DNA of 63,467 bases, filler included, from Phoronis australis (GCA_002633005.1; 11 parts of 11 records of this genome joined end to end with filler, not necessarily neighbours in it); one strand, 5' to 3'; counted from the first letter of the whole stretch, positions 24,187-37,847 are shown. Numbers and translations: made by a program. The notes: a model not told the origin generated them from the sequence alone.

Positions 24187-25275
24187 TTAATACGTTTCAA
24201 TATCTGATTCGTCACTGCTACTCCAGCTTGATTCGGGCTCGCTTGTTTCGTCATAGCCCATTTCCTTTACCTCTTGATCGGCTTGGTTTTCTTGTAAAAG
24301 ACCAGCACCTTCAAAAAGGACATCAGGAACGGCAGATCCACAAAACCATTCGGGAGTATAGTATCCATCTTGTACCTTCCAACCGTAGGTAAGAGGATCG
24401 AAACCGTTTCCCGGATCGGCCGAATCCACTTGGTCTCAGAGCAAGGCAACATAATGGGCTCGTTTGAGCTTGTTCAATAGTGTCTTTCGGCAAGGAGGAA
24501 GCAATGCGCAGTCAATCTTCTTGATGTTGGACATCGGAGAAAATTTTATTGACGAGGGACCAATTGCCTAAACGCTGACGAACAAAAACATAAAACCCAT
24601 GCGCGCACCCAGCCTCTAGGTTTGGGGGGCTCGAATTTCTGTCCAAGTGGACCTTTTGCTAGCAGAAAAGCTGGAGGACTAAAAAAAAAAACGGGGTACC
24701 ACCTTCAGTACTGTGAACTGTGCGTCTGCGCCTTTTTTAGTGGACTTTTGTCCCGTTTCCACGGACTGTTTGTTTATCTGAGGCGGAACTTTTTGCCCAC
24801 TTCGCCAAATGGAGGGGCTCGTTCGAGCCCCCCTCCCCGAGCCCCCCTGGGTGCGCGCATGAAATCTCACCACCATTTACTGATTTTTGACGTGAAACTG
24901 GGCATTTTGGTTTAACACTACGAAAACATTTGAAATTATTTTCGTTGCTTTTATGAACTATATTTTATCAATTACAGTTATTACCTTGTTCATTTTTCCG
25001 GTCATCTCTATTAATTTTAGATATCCGAGCTTCATTGACATCTTTGACTCCTCCCTTCATTAAATAGGAGGCATACGTCTTCTAACTTTCTTCCGTCTGG
25101 GACATCTACGCTTATTAACTCTGAGAAGAAGCTCATAAGTGTCCCAGATGAGTCTTTCATCAGGATTTCCAGAGTCCTCATTTTCCCTTTTCTAAACAGT
25201 GCTGTTGTGACGTCACACCCTGTCATTGTATGCAATTTTCAGGCAATGCTGCAGCGAGACCCCTTGTTACCGAAA
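24187..25275 (-). pseudogene. Academ(X)-like transposase C-terminal remnant (XPG/H3TH-like nuclease domain)
   Basis: Colinear motifs LAAALPE/LHTMTGCDVTTALFRKGK, VKDVNEARI, LLPPCRKTLLNKLKRAHYVALL* (W>stop) and DPLTYGWKVQDGYYTPEWFCGSAVP, followed by an acidic tail; several frameshifts; probable intron at ~24570-24985. Confidence 0.75.
24598..24861. mobile_element. hAT-like MITE nested in the Academ-like remnant
   Basis: Perfect 15-bp TIR CATGCGCGCACCCAG..CTGGGTGCGCGCATG. The internal GGACTAAAAAAA core recurs at ~29751, ~41049 and ~54749. TSD unclear (AAAACC vs AAATCT). Confidence 0.85.
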
Positions 25276-26109
25276 CGCATCGTTGTTTATATATTTATTT
25301 GAATAACATTGGGACTCCACCGCGTGGCTGCACACCAAATTAGGGGTGATTTGTATTTTATCACGGAAGACATTATGATATTATGACATGAAGGTAATTT
25401 TCTTCCCTCATGTTCTAAATGGGTGTTCTCACTACAGCAGTTTTCTTGCGAGCGCCGGGCAGTTCTTGTCTGGCATAAATCGTTTTTTTCACGTCTGACA
25501 GGAGGCACAAGTTGAGCCAAATACATGAAATAGACCTTGTCCAATAAATTGATTCCAAAATAAATGTGTCCATCTTTTACGACTAGTAGGGAGACAAGCG
25601 CAATAATGGTTTAAAGATGTATTTGCATGCTCCTAACTATATACTAATCTAAATAAGGAACTAAACTACAATGCTATTTGAACATCTTCTACGCTAAACG
25701 AAATGCAGTTGTGTTCACGGACAACTTGTGCATGTGAAAACAAAAAATTCTGCAAGTTCACGTAGTAATATTCATCTGCAGAGCTCAAGTCATTGTTATG
25801 AGCACCGCTCTTTCAATGACTGCTATATAATAATAGACCAAACTGAAACAACAAAGGAGCTTAAAATTCGTGAGGCTCAAGCCCAGTCTCAATAGGCAAC
25901 TGGCGCACCACAGGTTGTCATTGTTGGTTTAGTCTATTGTTACTCCTTGTAACTGACTGTGACTGTATCATTACTTGTTGTTGGGCCTACACTGTAGAAA
26001 GGTGGCCACTGTCTGAGGGTCATTTGTTTTTATAAACGCCGAAACAAGTCGAGCCGGTTTAAATCCGACGTTATTTTTATTAAAATCATAAACACGACTA
26101 TTAGATGAC

Positions 26110-27350
26110 GCATAATGTGTCAAGCCCATCCGCCAGGTGGCGTCATCTCTGTAAAACAACCATTTGCCAAATTTCATGAAAATAAGCCAATGAACCCCTA
26201 AGATATAAAGGCAAACGTAAAAAAAAAAAAAAATTGACATTAGGGGGGCATGGCTACAGTCCAATTTGTCTGTAACTCATCGTCGTGTTGCCAGAATTTG
26301 CAAAGATCCTAAAAGGGTTAACGACTCGGAGAGGCAGCCGTAGACGCAAAAAAAATTGCCCCTAAGGCGCGCCAGAAGTAAAAAAACATCCGATAATCAA
26401 CATCAGTCAGGTTTTCGCATCAGGAACACAACCCTCCTAATTTTCACAAACGTCCATTGAGTGGTTTGGCAGATAGAGACGCTCGCTGCTTGGTTCTCTA
26501 CCGACGCCGCCTAGCTAGCACGCTGGCTACCGATCACCTAGCGCGGCACACAGGGAACCAGAGAGATAGACACGCAGACATCAAACATACGCGAAAATTC
26601 TTAAATGGCCACCAAGTAGCGCAGAAAACATAAAATCTGTCCGAAAATGGGAAGGCGTTGTCGTCTTAATAGAAACCTATCTGCCGAATTTCATGAAAAT
26701 ACATAACTGAAATTCGACGGTACAGAAGCAAACTTAAAAAAATTGCCACAAGGGGCACAGTTATATCTGGATTCGATACTCATTGCCATTTGTCGGAATA
26801 CATCTTTAATCTCTCAAAGCTTCTTCAAAGGGTTTAGGAGATTCGGCCGTAAACACAAAGAAAACAATAGGGGCGACACAGCAGTCGGACCCGTCCGAAA
26901 TTTAACGTCACTGAGTCACGGGCTTCTCATCAGCAACACAACTGTGAATTTTTATAATGATCCTTTGAGTGATATATGGCACATAGACAGGCTAACGCCA
27001 GAAAAGGGAAGCAAAAATAACAAAAACATCCACAAGGTGGTGTAAAATTCGTCACATCTATCCGAAAATGGAATGGCACTTTGACTCCACATATGAACTG
27101 AAAATCCGTCTAGCCTGGAACTCCGAAGATACAGAGGCAACCGTAAAAACTAAAATTGTCATTATTACAGCGATATTCGGGTCGGTCCGCCACATAAGGA
27201 CACAACTGCCAAATTTCAATAAGATCCTGCAAGGGGTAGATAGGCCTACAGCGCCGCCGACGCCGCCCGCCCAGACTGAGACGACGACATAGAAATATGT
27301 AGTGGCATAAAAAATATCTTTAGGGGGCACCACAATAGTATAATAAAATA
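26110..27350 (-). mobile_element. Old, diverged Helentron/HINE-like copy
   Basis: Repeated CCAAATTTCATGAAAAT, AAAGATCCT and GTCGGACCCGTCCGAAA motifs, plus a GACGCCGCCCGCCCAGAC microsatellite end resembling 36400-36440. Confidence 0.6.
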
Positions 27351-27728
27351 ATTGCAGGCGGTCTGATACACGTTGCACCAGACGTGCGCAGGCCTCGCAT
27401 GTGGGCCCATTGCACTGATCACCTGGAAATATTTTTATGCTTTATTGATATAAGGTTAAAACCGAGCTGAGGAGCTAGAAACCTGGCTCAAGGGTTTAGC
27501 AGTGTNNNNNNNNNNNNNNNNNNNNNNNNNNNNNNNNNNNNNNNNNNNNTTAATTAATTAANNNNNNNNNNNNNNNNNNNNNNNNNNNNNNNNNNNNNNN
27601 NNNNNAGTCAGCTTTATACAATGGTGAGTAAAATGGGACAAAGGATTGCAGGAATCATAACGTCAACTCGCCAAACCTGGGAAAATTCATCAAACCAATC
27701 CGCAATCGGTAAAGCAAAGCAGGCGTTA

Positions 27729-28871
27729 GGCTAGGCAATGACCATCGCCTGTGTTGACCCGAACCAGAGGCGATGCAGCTCCTATAGACGCTCCATACGC
27801 CAGAAGCTTTTAGGCGAATTATGCCTCGCACCGACTTAACCATCAAAGTCACGTTGTTATAAATACCTTTTGCGCATAGAGCCATAGAGCCAAGAGGAAC
27901 ACCTTTTTAGGAGGTTGTCGATGTGTTTAATTCCTTCCAACTCGAACAAATACGCCCGTTATCAAGCTTTTTCTTCAAGCAGTCCCTATTTCAGTTCCCA
28001 AAATCATGAACTCAACATTTTCGCCAAGAGATTCTTTTAACCAGGCCGAAGGTCAGAAGTTGCGGTCCTACCGGCGAACTTTGAAAGCTGAAGTTCCCGC
28101 CCTTCGCGTACGTGCTGCCGGGAACCAGACGTGCATTTGCCGTGTTGTTAAAACATTAAAATGTCAAATATGTGCTCAAAGACTATTAAATGTTATATCA
28201 ACAGCATTTATTTTTATCAAATACAAACAATAATTCATTGAAGTACAATCAGTTTCAAGTAACGCAAATTAAAGACCAGTATAAGTGGTGGCATTTTGGA
28301 AACGAACATTTGACTGACAAGACCGCAATGGCTCACCTTTGGCCTATTTAAAGATTGATGTCATGAAGTCACATCACCTAGCGAACGCGGCAAAAATTGG
28401 AGCGTGCGCAGTATAAAAATGGTGAGTTCACGATTTCGGGAACTGAACGAGTGACTGCTCGAACAAAAAGTTCATTAACGGAAGTATTTGCTCGAGTTGT
28501 CACCACTGCTGCTGTGCACTGGGCTGTTATGAAGGTCACTCGGATTAATGACCTAACATTTTTCAATTGAAAATTTGAAGGGGTTATGTCAACTTTACAT
28601 AAAGGTGGCCTGCACGAAAGTTGTTCAGAATTTAATGGACATTTTCACCATATTCATATCTTTACCGTAGCCTTGGTGTAAATAATTCTATACCGTAATA
28701 AGCATTTTTAGAAGGGAATTCATGAGACTTGCATGTTTAATAAAGCACATTTATTGTCTGTAACATCACATTTACAAACAAGAATTTACAGTAATTCCGG
28801 CGTACAGAGCGCCTATAGCCTCTGCATCGCCTCTGGTTCGGGCCAACAGAGGCGATGGTCATTGCCTAGCC
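27729..28871. mobile_element. Non-autonomous DNA element with ~78-bp TIRs, each containing an internal hairpin
   Basis: GGCTAGGCAATGACCATCGCCTGTGTTGACCCGAACCAGAGGCGATGCAG..TACGCCAGAA (27729-27806) is the reverse complement of ~28795-28871; a third terminus is at 59522. Confidence 0.85.
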
Positions 28872-30677
28872 GGTTTTATGCTTAGGCGGACGACCTAGCA
28901 TCCCTATTTCAGGGTTGGTTTACTGACTAGTCGAAGCATACATTCTGATGAAAGGTTTCCAATGGAAGACATCTCTCGCACCAACCGTTATACAGACCGG
29001 CTACTGAAGAAGACCAGTATAGAGAAGCAAATTTTACCCTCAGTTCTTACCACTGTCGACCTGCTTCCTTGGACGCTTTTTGCTACTATGCGTAAAACGT
29101 CACAGCAAATAATCTCAAAACCAGTAACCTTTTAAGATTTTAAGAGTTTTAACTCTTAAAATCTTGAAAGATTTTTTTATTAAATTTTTTATTAAAATTT
29201 GCAATACATGTTGCCAGGTTATATAAACTCAAATTCTAACATTAACTACCAACTGAACAGCCAGAAGCTTTAATTCTATCAGTTTCTAGTTGAGAGTAAA
29301 CGATTTTAACGACCGCTAGATGTCACTGTTATACGGCAAGCCAGCCGCATTCACTTAGACGGGAGAGGGGTGTTGCTACGAGCCTACGGTGGGACGTCTC
29401 AGAGCAGTCCATCAAAATGCAGATGATCCACTACGGTTGCCCAAGATCCCTGATGTTGTCACTCCCTCTCCACGAGTTCGTGATCACGTGCTTGTGGTCT
29501 CCTGGTACGAATATTTTGGCCTGGCGAAATAAATTTTCGGTCCTCGGTGTTCATAAAATTTTCTCCTCAGTCGGAGTGCAGAGCTGTCTGAGAAACGAGG
29601 GCTTGAGAATTTCTTGCCGACTTATGATTACTCTGCTACACGACAAGTTATGACAGTCGTTTGGCAAGCAATAAATGCTTGCACCCAGTCTACAATATAG
29701 CGGGGCTCCGGAATTTTTCGGTATGTGGACCTACTGAAAAAAGAAAACGGGGACTAAAAAAACAAAAAAACGGGGTCATTAGGTTCAGGCCTATGAATTG
29801 TGCATTCGCGCCGAATTCCGGTGCACTTTTGTCTGGTTTTCTCGGATTTTTTGTTTCTCTGAGGCATCGAATGGGGGCGATCGTTCGACCCCCCCCCCCC
29901 CCCCCCCCCCCCCCCNNNNNNNNNNNNNNNNNNNNNNNNNNNNNNNNNNNNNNNNNNNNTTAATTAATTAANNNNNNNNNNNNNNNNNNNNNNNNNNNNN
30001 NNNNNNNNNNNNNNNGTTTCAATGTCAAGGTTGGGTGCCTGTGTTTCAAAATAAGCATGATACAAATACTGTTCACTGGACACCAGCACTCCTTGGATAC
30101 TGACACCAGATGACACCAGCACTCCTTGGATACTGACACAAGATACTCTTCTAATTTGATACAAATCCTCTTTTGATATTGATGATGTTGAAAACGAACA
30201 CAACCTTAGGACAACTCGCATGATTTGGTGGCAGTCACGCAGCTAGTTCAGTTGAGCCCATTCCTTAGTGCCACGCAGACAGAGAGCTACGTCCCATACA
30301 CCTTCATGTAGTGTTTGTTCATGAATCAAATGCTGACAGAGAGCTAGGAGGTGAGCTGTCTACCCCTGACAATTAAATGATGTGAGTTTTCGTTCACTCA
30401 GAGCTCATAACTCAGTATGCAAATATGGCGACTAACATGTCTTCCAAACCTGCTATGGCATTATGAATAGCACAAGTAGTTCATAGTAGTCATTCAAGTG
30501 TTAAATACCCAAAAATAACTTACAGTGTGTATAAGTAATTTTTACAAAACTACTGTAGAGGAAGATACATGAGAACAAACCATGTTAATGTGTGTGATGG
30601 TGACACTTTAGTGTAATGATCTCACAACAGATTTCTGTGTATCACTTATGGAATACTCTCAAATGGGTACAACTATA

Positions 30678-31127
30678 GGCCCTTTTGTACTACTGAATGT
30701 TGACACGTCAATGTTTCGGGGAGATGCCTTCAGTCCTGGATCAAAGTTAACAGTGCCAGTTAATTTCGCACTACACCGGTGGATTTAACAGCGGAGCATC
30801 GACGCTACGGTGCAGTATGAACGATTACCTTTAGTGTCATCAAAGTTATCGCCAGAGGCTACTGCTATCGTCAACAATTTAAGGATAGTGTCGTCACTAA
30901 TAGTTGCTTATATTTTGATTGAATAATCACCAATTGAATTAGAAATAAGTTTTATGTCAACCACATGAAAATGCTATCAAATTGTCACATTATTAAAAAT
31001 CTTAGTGCATACCTTGCATCATCTACCATTTACTTCGATGACATTAACTACCGAAGCTGGTATGAACAGTTTAATTAACTTCGCAATTTACATCGACGCA
31101 AGGCTCATACCAGAGTTAAAAAGGGCC
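30678..31127. mobile_element. Harbinger-like MITE, same family as 44728-45132
   Basis: TIR GGCCCTTTT..AAAAGGGCC; shares CGGTGCAGTATGAACG, ATCAAAGTTATCGCCAG and TTAACTACCGAAGC with the 44728 copy. Confidence 0.7.
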
Positions 31128-34100
31128 TAGTGGCTCAGAATTTTCTCATTTCCTAAAAATAAATAACATTAAATTACATACGAACTGTAGACTCCGTCGT
31201 TTGATCTTTTCCATTGTCTTAGACGACAAACATAGGTATCAAATGGGTATGAGTGGATATAAGAAGAAACAGCCGTCGACTTAATGCCCAAAAACATACA
31301 TCGAAAGCATGTAATAAAACACCACTCAACAGCCACAAGAAATCTAATGAAAACTATTCCGAAAGTATTCGGGATCAGACAACCACAGGCTGTATAATTG
31401 AAGAAAAATGAAATCTACATCCTCTCTGTTGTTAATTTTATGTTTGGGAAATTATAAGACAACGAATCGCTAGCCAGCAGATCCAAGACATTTCCTGTAG
31501 ATAAAGCACACTAAGTTGACGACAAACTTTAAGATCACAACCTGACAAACCATCACTAATGGCGTTAATGACAAGCCTGAGGCAATTTTTTACACTTCTG
31601 TCAATTAAAACTGGATTAGACATGGGTTGGAAAATTGTTCAACACCAAACTATTGGTGAAAAGAGACTGTCAGCTAATCAAGTGTAAGAAATGATGAACG
31701 AACTTGGTTAAGTTTAAAGTACCTTCAAAATGAAGCTTGTCCAACAATTGGTCCAGATTACATAAATGCATACCCAAGCAATAACAAAGGAAAACATCTG
31801 TATTTCACTATTTTATTTTAAAAATACTAAGAGTTAAGAAGAATAGGGAAATTTGTCAATGAGTTATGCACAAGTTTTAATTAATCAAGAGATCCTTGAT
31901 AGCTTACAGAACTGAAGAAAAATGTTTACAAATTAAACCCAAGGCTTTCTATAAATTAGTTCAGCAGAGATGGATTTCATTTTGTGGACAGTCAATTAAA
32001 AAGGTTAGGCTGTACATACAGCAGAGCCACCTATTGAGCTTGTAGTGAATTTCTGTGACTATTTACCCCAATCCTTTGCAAGACCAAGCACAGATGCCAG
32101 CAGAAGATCGCTTCGCCTATGACATCACGTGATGCGGAAGTCTGACATCAGAGAATGGCTTCGTCAAGCAAGACCGGTGTGCTAACTTATATTCACGCAG
32201 ACTTTGGCGAACACTATTTTCCCTATGAATCTCCCCATGACAAAGACAAAAGGCAAGAGCCTTCAGAAAAGGTTCCAACGGGAACGGGGCGAAGATTTAC
32301 GTCGAGGACACCTGACATGTAAACCGCCCGCAGATGTTTCAGAAGTCAACGCAAATCCTACGAGCCTCATAGAGTTGACATCAGCGTCGACAAAAACTGC
32401 ACGAATGTGGTTAAAAATAATAGTAAAAATCCCTAATGAATAACAATTCTTCTCTCAAAGCATAACGAACGTTTTACTAAAATATTTAGGGGATCAAGAC
32501 ACCTACTGAGCTGTAACTGTAACAGTTTAGCCAAGAATTTTGTGGCCAGTGATCGCAGATGGTCAAGCCAGCGCCATGACAGACACACGCAACAAGTCGA
32601 AATTCGGAGTCCCACTGTAACCGTTCAAATTAACATTTCAAAGGTAGTGATTTTGATGACGCAACACCAGCCTAACCCGGTCAGTAGTTAGTGGTGACCG
32701 TGATTATGACGTCCGAAGACAGACTAAACAAAGCACACTTGCCAACTGCGAAATGTTACCTATGAATCTGCTGTTTTATATCTGAGTTATATACTTATAT
32801 ACTACCATATACTACATACATGTCAACCACTAATACAGGCACTGCATATTTACTCAGTACGTGCTTGCTGTTTCTGTAGTGCCACGGCGTAGCACCAAAA
32901 TGCTACGTATTTTTGGTAATTAATGTGCATTTTCCCTGATGTTCATAATAAAGTTTTCAATCCTTCACTTTGGCTTTTACTGACAATTTTTGTCGAGATA
33001 ATAACAGTCACGAGCCAGTCAACATTGCCAAGACTGAGGAGTTGCGAAGGATTAGATGCAACAAAAATGTTTTTAAAATTAAAATAATAACGATAATGAT
33101 GAAATATTTGCAGTCTGAGTGGCAGGAGCTTATTCTTGATTTGCTGCACTAAGGGAGATCAATAGAATTATTTTCAATTCTTATAATTACGATACAAAAT
33201 TACACAAAAAATGAAAATCGATCCATAGATTATCTAGAAAGCCTGAAATACATACACACTTAATTCCAACAAAAAATTCCAACGCAAATGGAAAAAAGTC
33301 AAGACGAAAACCTGTGACTCATACCCCAACTGTTAGCATGGAAAAATGAAAGTCAAAAACAACATAGTTTATAGAATGCATCAATCACAATCCTAAGTTG
33401 GCCAAACAGTAATTACAGGAGTTTATTGTTCATAAGCCACGCTGGTGGAGAAGAAACTATGTGATATAAGAAATAACTATCAGCGAGGATACTGAAAATA
33501 GTCTGGCAGAATTTGTAAACAATGGCACGTGATCACTTCTCCAAAACTGCAAAATAGAACACAAAAAATGTCAAAATAAATTGAAATACATAAAAGGCAA
33601 TTCAAAACACATTGGCAGTAACGAAAATAGCCCTTAGTATCCCATTTCGGCGACACGTAGAAAATCGTACTCCAGCGGTCAGGCCTTAGGCTTAGGGCTT
33701 AGCAGGCAACGGCAAGCAGGCAACGGCAACGGGCGTGCATGTGGGATCAAACAAAAGAATTTCATACATCACTCGCATCCCACGATTCTAATCCAACAAA
33801 TAACCAGTTACGGTTGAATTTCATTTCAGGAAGCATTGTTATTTCTAGTGTTTCATCGTTTTCAGTCGGTCCTCTGACTCCAACTTAGTCTGAGACGACT
33901 CGCCCACGCACTCCGTACTTGTTCCTCTCTCAAAGTTTACAGAGCACAAACCTTGACTTATGTTGTTTGTGAAGACATTGACCGTTTCATTTATCCACTT
34001 TTCCACGAAATATTCTGTCTACTCCACGTATTTTTGACTGCAGGAATCGCACTATTTTGTCGCCGTGAATTTATACCAAATGCAGACACCATGATGAACC

Positions 34101-34234
34101 ACGTTATCCCAGACACAGACGCTTCAATTTATCCATTCCTCGATTGCCTCGCTACTCGCTACCAAGAAAGCATGTTTCTTGTATATGGTTACGAGTCATC
34201 GGAAAGTATAGCGCCTGTGTTCCACAATTACAAT

Positions 34235-34427
34235 TTTCGTTCTTCCGAAACATAAAAAGCAGTTTCCGCTTTTCGAGCCGTCGGCAACGCTGCAGTGAGA
34301 AACCAATTTGCCGCGATAATTTTATGGCATATCCGATTTTTTTTCCACGGAAGTATTACGAAAATACGCAGAGGGAATAAAAGAAAAAAGCGGAAATCCG
34401 GTATCCGCGGAAAATTCCAAGCCTTGA
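34235..34427 (+). mobile_element. Right part of a hAT-like MITE (family of 40942-41439)
   Basis: Ends CCGCGGAAAATTCCAAGCCTTG, as at 41418-41439; shares TCCGAAACATAAA.. and CCGATTTTTTT.. internally. Confidence 0.75.
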
Positions 34428-34617
34428 CTAGGGGGCACACTGGAAGTCGGATCCGTCCGAAAGTTCGCTCATGCTGTCCCATCCATGATAGGAACATATG
34501 TGCAAAATTCCATGAACGTACGTCAAAGCGTTTTGGAGATAGAGCAGCGGATGGCAAACGGACGTCAGACGGGACGCCGGCCGGACGGACAGAGATGACG
34601 GCATAATGCGTCCACAT
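34428..34617 (-). mobile_element. Truncated 5' fragment of the HINE family
   Basis: Near-identical to 36280-36456 (core, GGAC microsatellite, GGCATAATGCGTCCACA). Confidence 0.85.
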
Positions 34618-34960
34618 AACAAAAAAGAAATGATAACACGTAACAGCATTTCTAAGTTTTCATCTTGAACACTTTTACCGCACAAAATTGGTCGTCTTAT
34701 TGTTCTCAACGTTTCAACAACAATGTACTGTTCTTTTTTGATAATTTTTACGAAAAATTAACAGAAGATTAGTAAAGAATTCAGACATCAAATTCTAAAG
34801 GCTTTCAAATTTCAGACTAAATTTACTTTTTCAGAATCAAAATCTACAATTTTGGAAATACAAAGACTTGTCAAAAAGAATCTAGATAGCATCAAGAGTT
34901 TCACAACAAGTCAATCACCTGTGAGTTTAATGAGTCTCACCCAGGTAAAAAACATTCACA

Positions 34961-36477
34961 ACAAGAGCAACGCAGAGCGTTGAAATGCGCCCACAATTGC
35001 ACCGCATACGGTATCCTTCTAGGGTTGTTTATTGGTACCATAAAGTGGCCAGTAGAGGGCATATATGTAGTATGTTGTACTTTGCAAAATGGAAAGGCAT
35101 GGTCCTTGTCTCAATAGGCTAGGGGCAAAATGTGAGTAATCTTCATAATACAAGCACATCCTATATACAAGTTGCTTAAAGCACCACAGAAACATAGAAT
35201 TAAAAACAAATTTACCAACATACGAGATTAGCACAGCATTAGAATGCCAGAAACAAATTTCTACTTGGAACGTTTCCTTCATAGTCACGAAGTAACACAA
35301 AGTACACACCTGAAGAAAATACAGAGGTCAATGTAAAATACTAAAATTGCCACTAGAGGCAAATACTAAAATTGCCACTAGAGGAATACCGGTAGTCAGA
35401 ATCATCCTAAAGTCGTCATCGTCCGTTGTCAACATCACATAAATACACTAGCTAAATTTAGTAAAGATCCTGCAAACGGTTTGGGAGATACAGCCATGGG
35501 CGCAAAAAAAAAACAAAACTACCACTAGGAGGCGCCACAGTAGTCCAAATCGTCTGAAAATCATTGTCAGCTGTCTTCCTTATAGTAAGCACATACACGC
35601 CAATTTTCACAATCATCCTTTGAGCGGTTTGGTTGATAGAGGGGTGGACGCAAAAATACAGACTCGAAAACAGTAAAAATGGCCACTAGGTGGCGCAAAC
35701 TACGTCGAATCCATCTGAAAACAGTAGGATAGCGTCATCTCACTAATAGGTGCCTACATACCAAATTTCATGAAAATCCGTTCAATACTTTTGAAGATAC
35801 AAAGGTAAGCGTAAAAAACTAAAATTGCCACTAGGGGGCACACCGGTAGTCGGATCCGACCAAAAGTCGTCATCTTCCGTTGTTAACATCATATAAATAT
35901 ACTTACACAATTTGTAAAGATCCTGCGAACGGTTTAGGAGATACAGCCATAGGCGCAAAAAAACAAAACTGCCACTAGGAGGCGCCACAGTAGTCGAAAT
36001 CGTCGGAAAATCATCGTCAACCATCCTCTACATAGTAAGCATATACATGCCAATTTTCACAATCATCCTTTGAGCGGTTTGGTTGATAGAGGGGTGGACG
36101 CACAAAAACAGACTCGAAAACACTAAAAATGGCCACTAGGTGGCGCAAACTATGTCGAATCCGTCTGAAAACGGCAGGATAGCGTCATCTCACTACTAGG
36201 TGCCTACATACCAAATTTCATGAAAATCCGTTCAAGACTTTTGAAGATACAAAGGTAAGCGTAAAAAACTAAAATTGCCACTAGGGGACACACCGGTAGT
36301 CGGATTCGTCCGAAAATTCGCACATGCCGTCCCACTCATGAATGGAACATATGTGCCAAATTTCGTGAACGTATGTCAAAGGGTTTTGGAGATAGAGCAG
36401 CGGACGCCGGACGGACGCCGCCCGGACGGACAGAGATGACGGCATAATGCGTCCACACATAAATATGTGGGCGCATA
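34961..36477 (-). mobile_element. Full-length Helentron-associated non-autonomous element (HINE/DINE-1-like)
   Basis: 11-bp subTIRs ATGCGCCCACA (34985-34995) and TGTGGGCGCAT (36466-36476); partial inverted repeat next to the 5' subTIR; GTCC-type microsatellite; 3' hairpin CAACGC-AGA-GCGTTG (34968-34982) then CTTGTT on the minus strand; T-run at the 5' end; internal 450-bp tandem repeats. Confidence 0.9.
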
Positions 36478-37847
36478 AAAATGTCTACAGTATCGATCTC
36501 TACAATGCTCATGACTTTCTTGATAACAAAGGTTGACTAATGGCTAAATCCCAATCAAGGTCCACATTCGAGAGTTGACTGTGTTACGGTCTAAATAAAT
36601 GTTTGTGGTAACTTACCAAATGCCAACTGAATCTCATATGCAAAGAGTTATTTAGTTGTGCAAATTAAAAAAAGAATCATCAAAATTGGACAATGTTTGA
36701 GAAATTTATGCATGTTTTCGTCTATGAATTTCATGAATTTTTATCATTACGAGTGGCCACTTTAAAAATAACAATTTTCAACTGTCAAGAGTAGAAAAGA
36801 AATTTATTTTATCAAGCAAACAATTTAGATATGACTGGGAATAACTTGAGTCACTTTCAGAGTCAATTAGATGAAGTTGGCTTAATCATTGAGAAATGGT
36901 AGGGTTCATCATAAAACAGGCACTCGTTACGAAATTTGTAAATTGTGTGTTTCTAACCCTCAACTACTGTACAGAAGGTTGAAAACTAAAGTTCACACTC
37001 TGTAATGAAAAGAACTGCAAAATATGTCAGCCTAGGCAACACAGCAAATTATTCAATATCTAAACAAACCAAAATTTTGGATATTGAATGGGTTCTGCTA
37101 TGTTGAAAATGGGTCAAAAAGGCTAACAAAATGTAGTGTACGTACCCCCACATGGAATTCAGTAATACAAATGGTCATTGCAAATGAAATTATTGCCTTT
37201 TAAATAACAACATGGGCTTATTATCACCAAAGAAAAATAAATGGCCATACAAAATTATGTTACCATGTGATGCAGAAACAGTGATGTAGTATACGTACCC
37301 CCTTTTGTAGTGTACGTACCCCCATGTTTACAAATGCCATGACATTAAAATATCACTTGGTAAGTGAGCAACATTCGTCATAAACAGTGATGGAAGCTTT
37401 TAGGTGTGTTATACCTCACACTTATTAATCAAAGTCACAAAGAGGTTTGTTGTATCCTACAAGTTTACTCATCATAGACAAGACCATAACCCTAGCACCA
37501 TATAGTGAAAGTATCTGGGTAAAGGATACTTCACAAGAAAAATTGACAATAAAGTATCATAGTGTGATCTTTGTATGAAGAGTTTTATATCATTCTAACA
37601 TATTTTAATCTCAAAAAAAAACTTGTGTTAAGAACAGTACAGGGATTCACAGTACTCGATAGAAATTATAGCACAATATTCCAGAATATTTTGCTGGGAA
37701 TGAAAAAGAACAGATTGCAATGTTAAATACACATTTATTTGCCTGTTTCACGCAACTTCACAAAATAACAAATCAACTAGACAAGTAAAGCTTTATAAAT
37801 ATCATTGAGGTGATAGAATAAGTAAAGTTAAACAAAGCAGAGCATGG

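Noticed and set aside
35340-36300. Regularly spaced short conserved motifs resembling a CRISPR array
   Set aside because: The intervening sequences are themselves repeated with a 450-bp period, there are no cas genes, and the context is eukaryotic.
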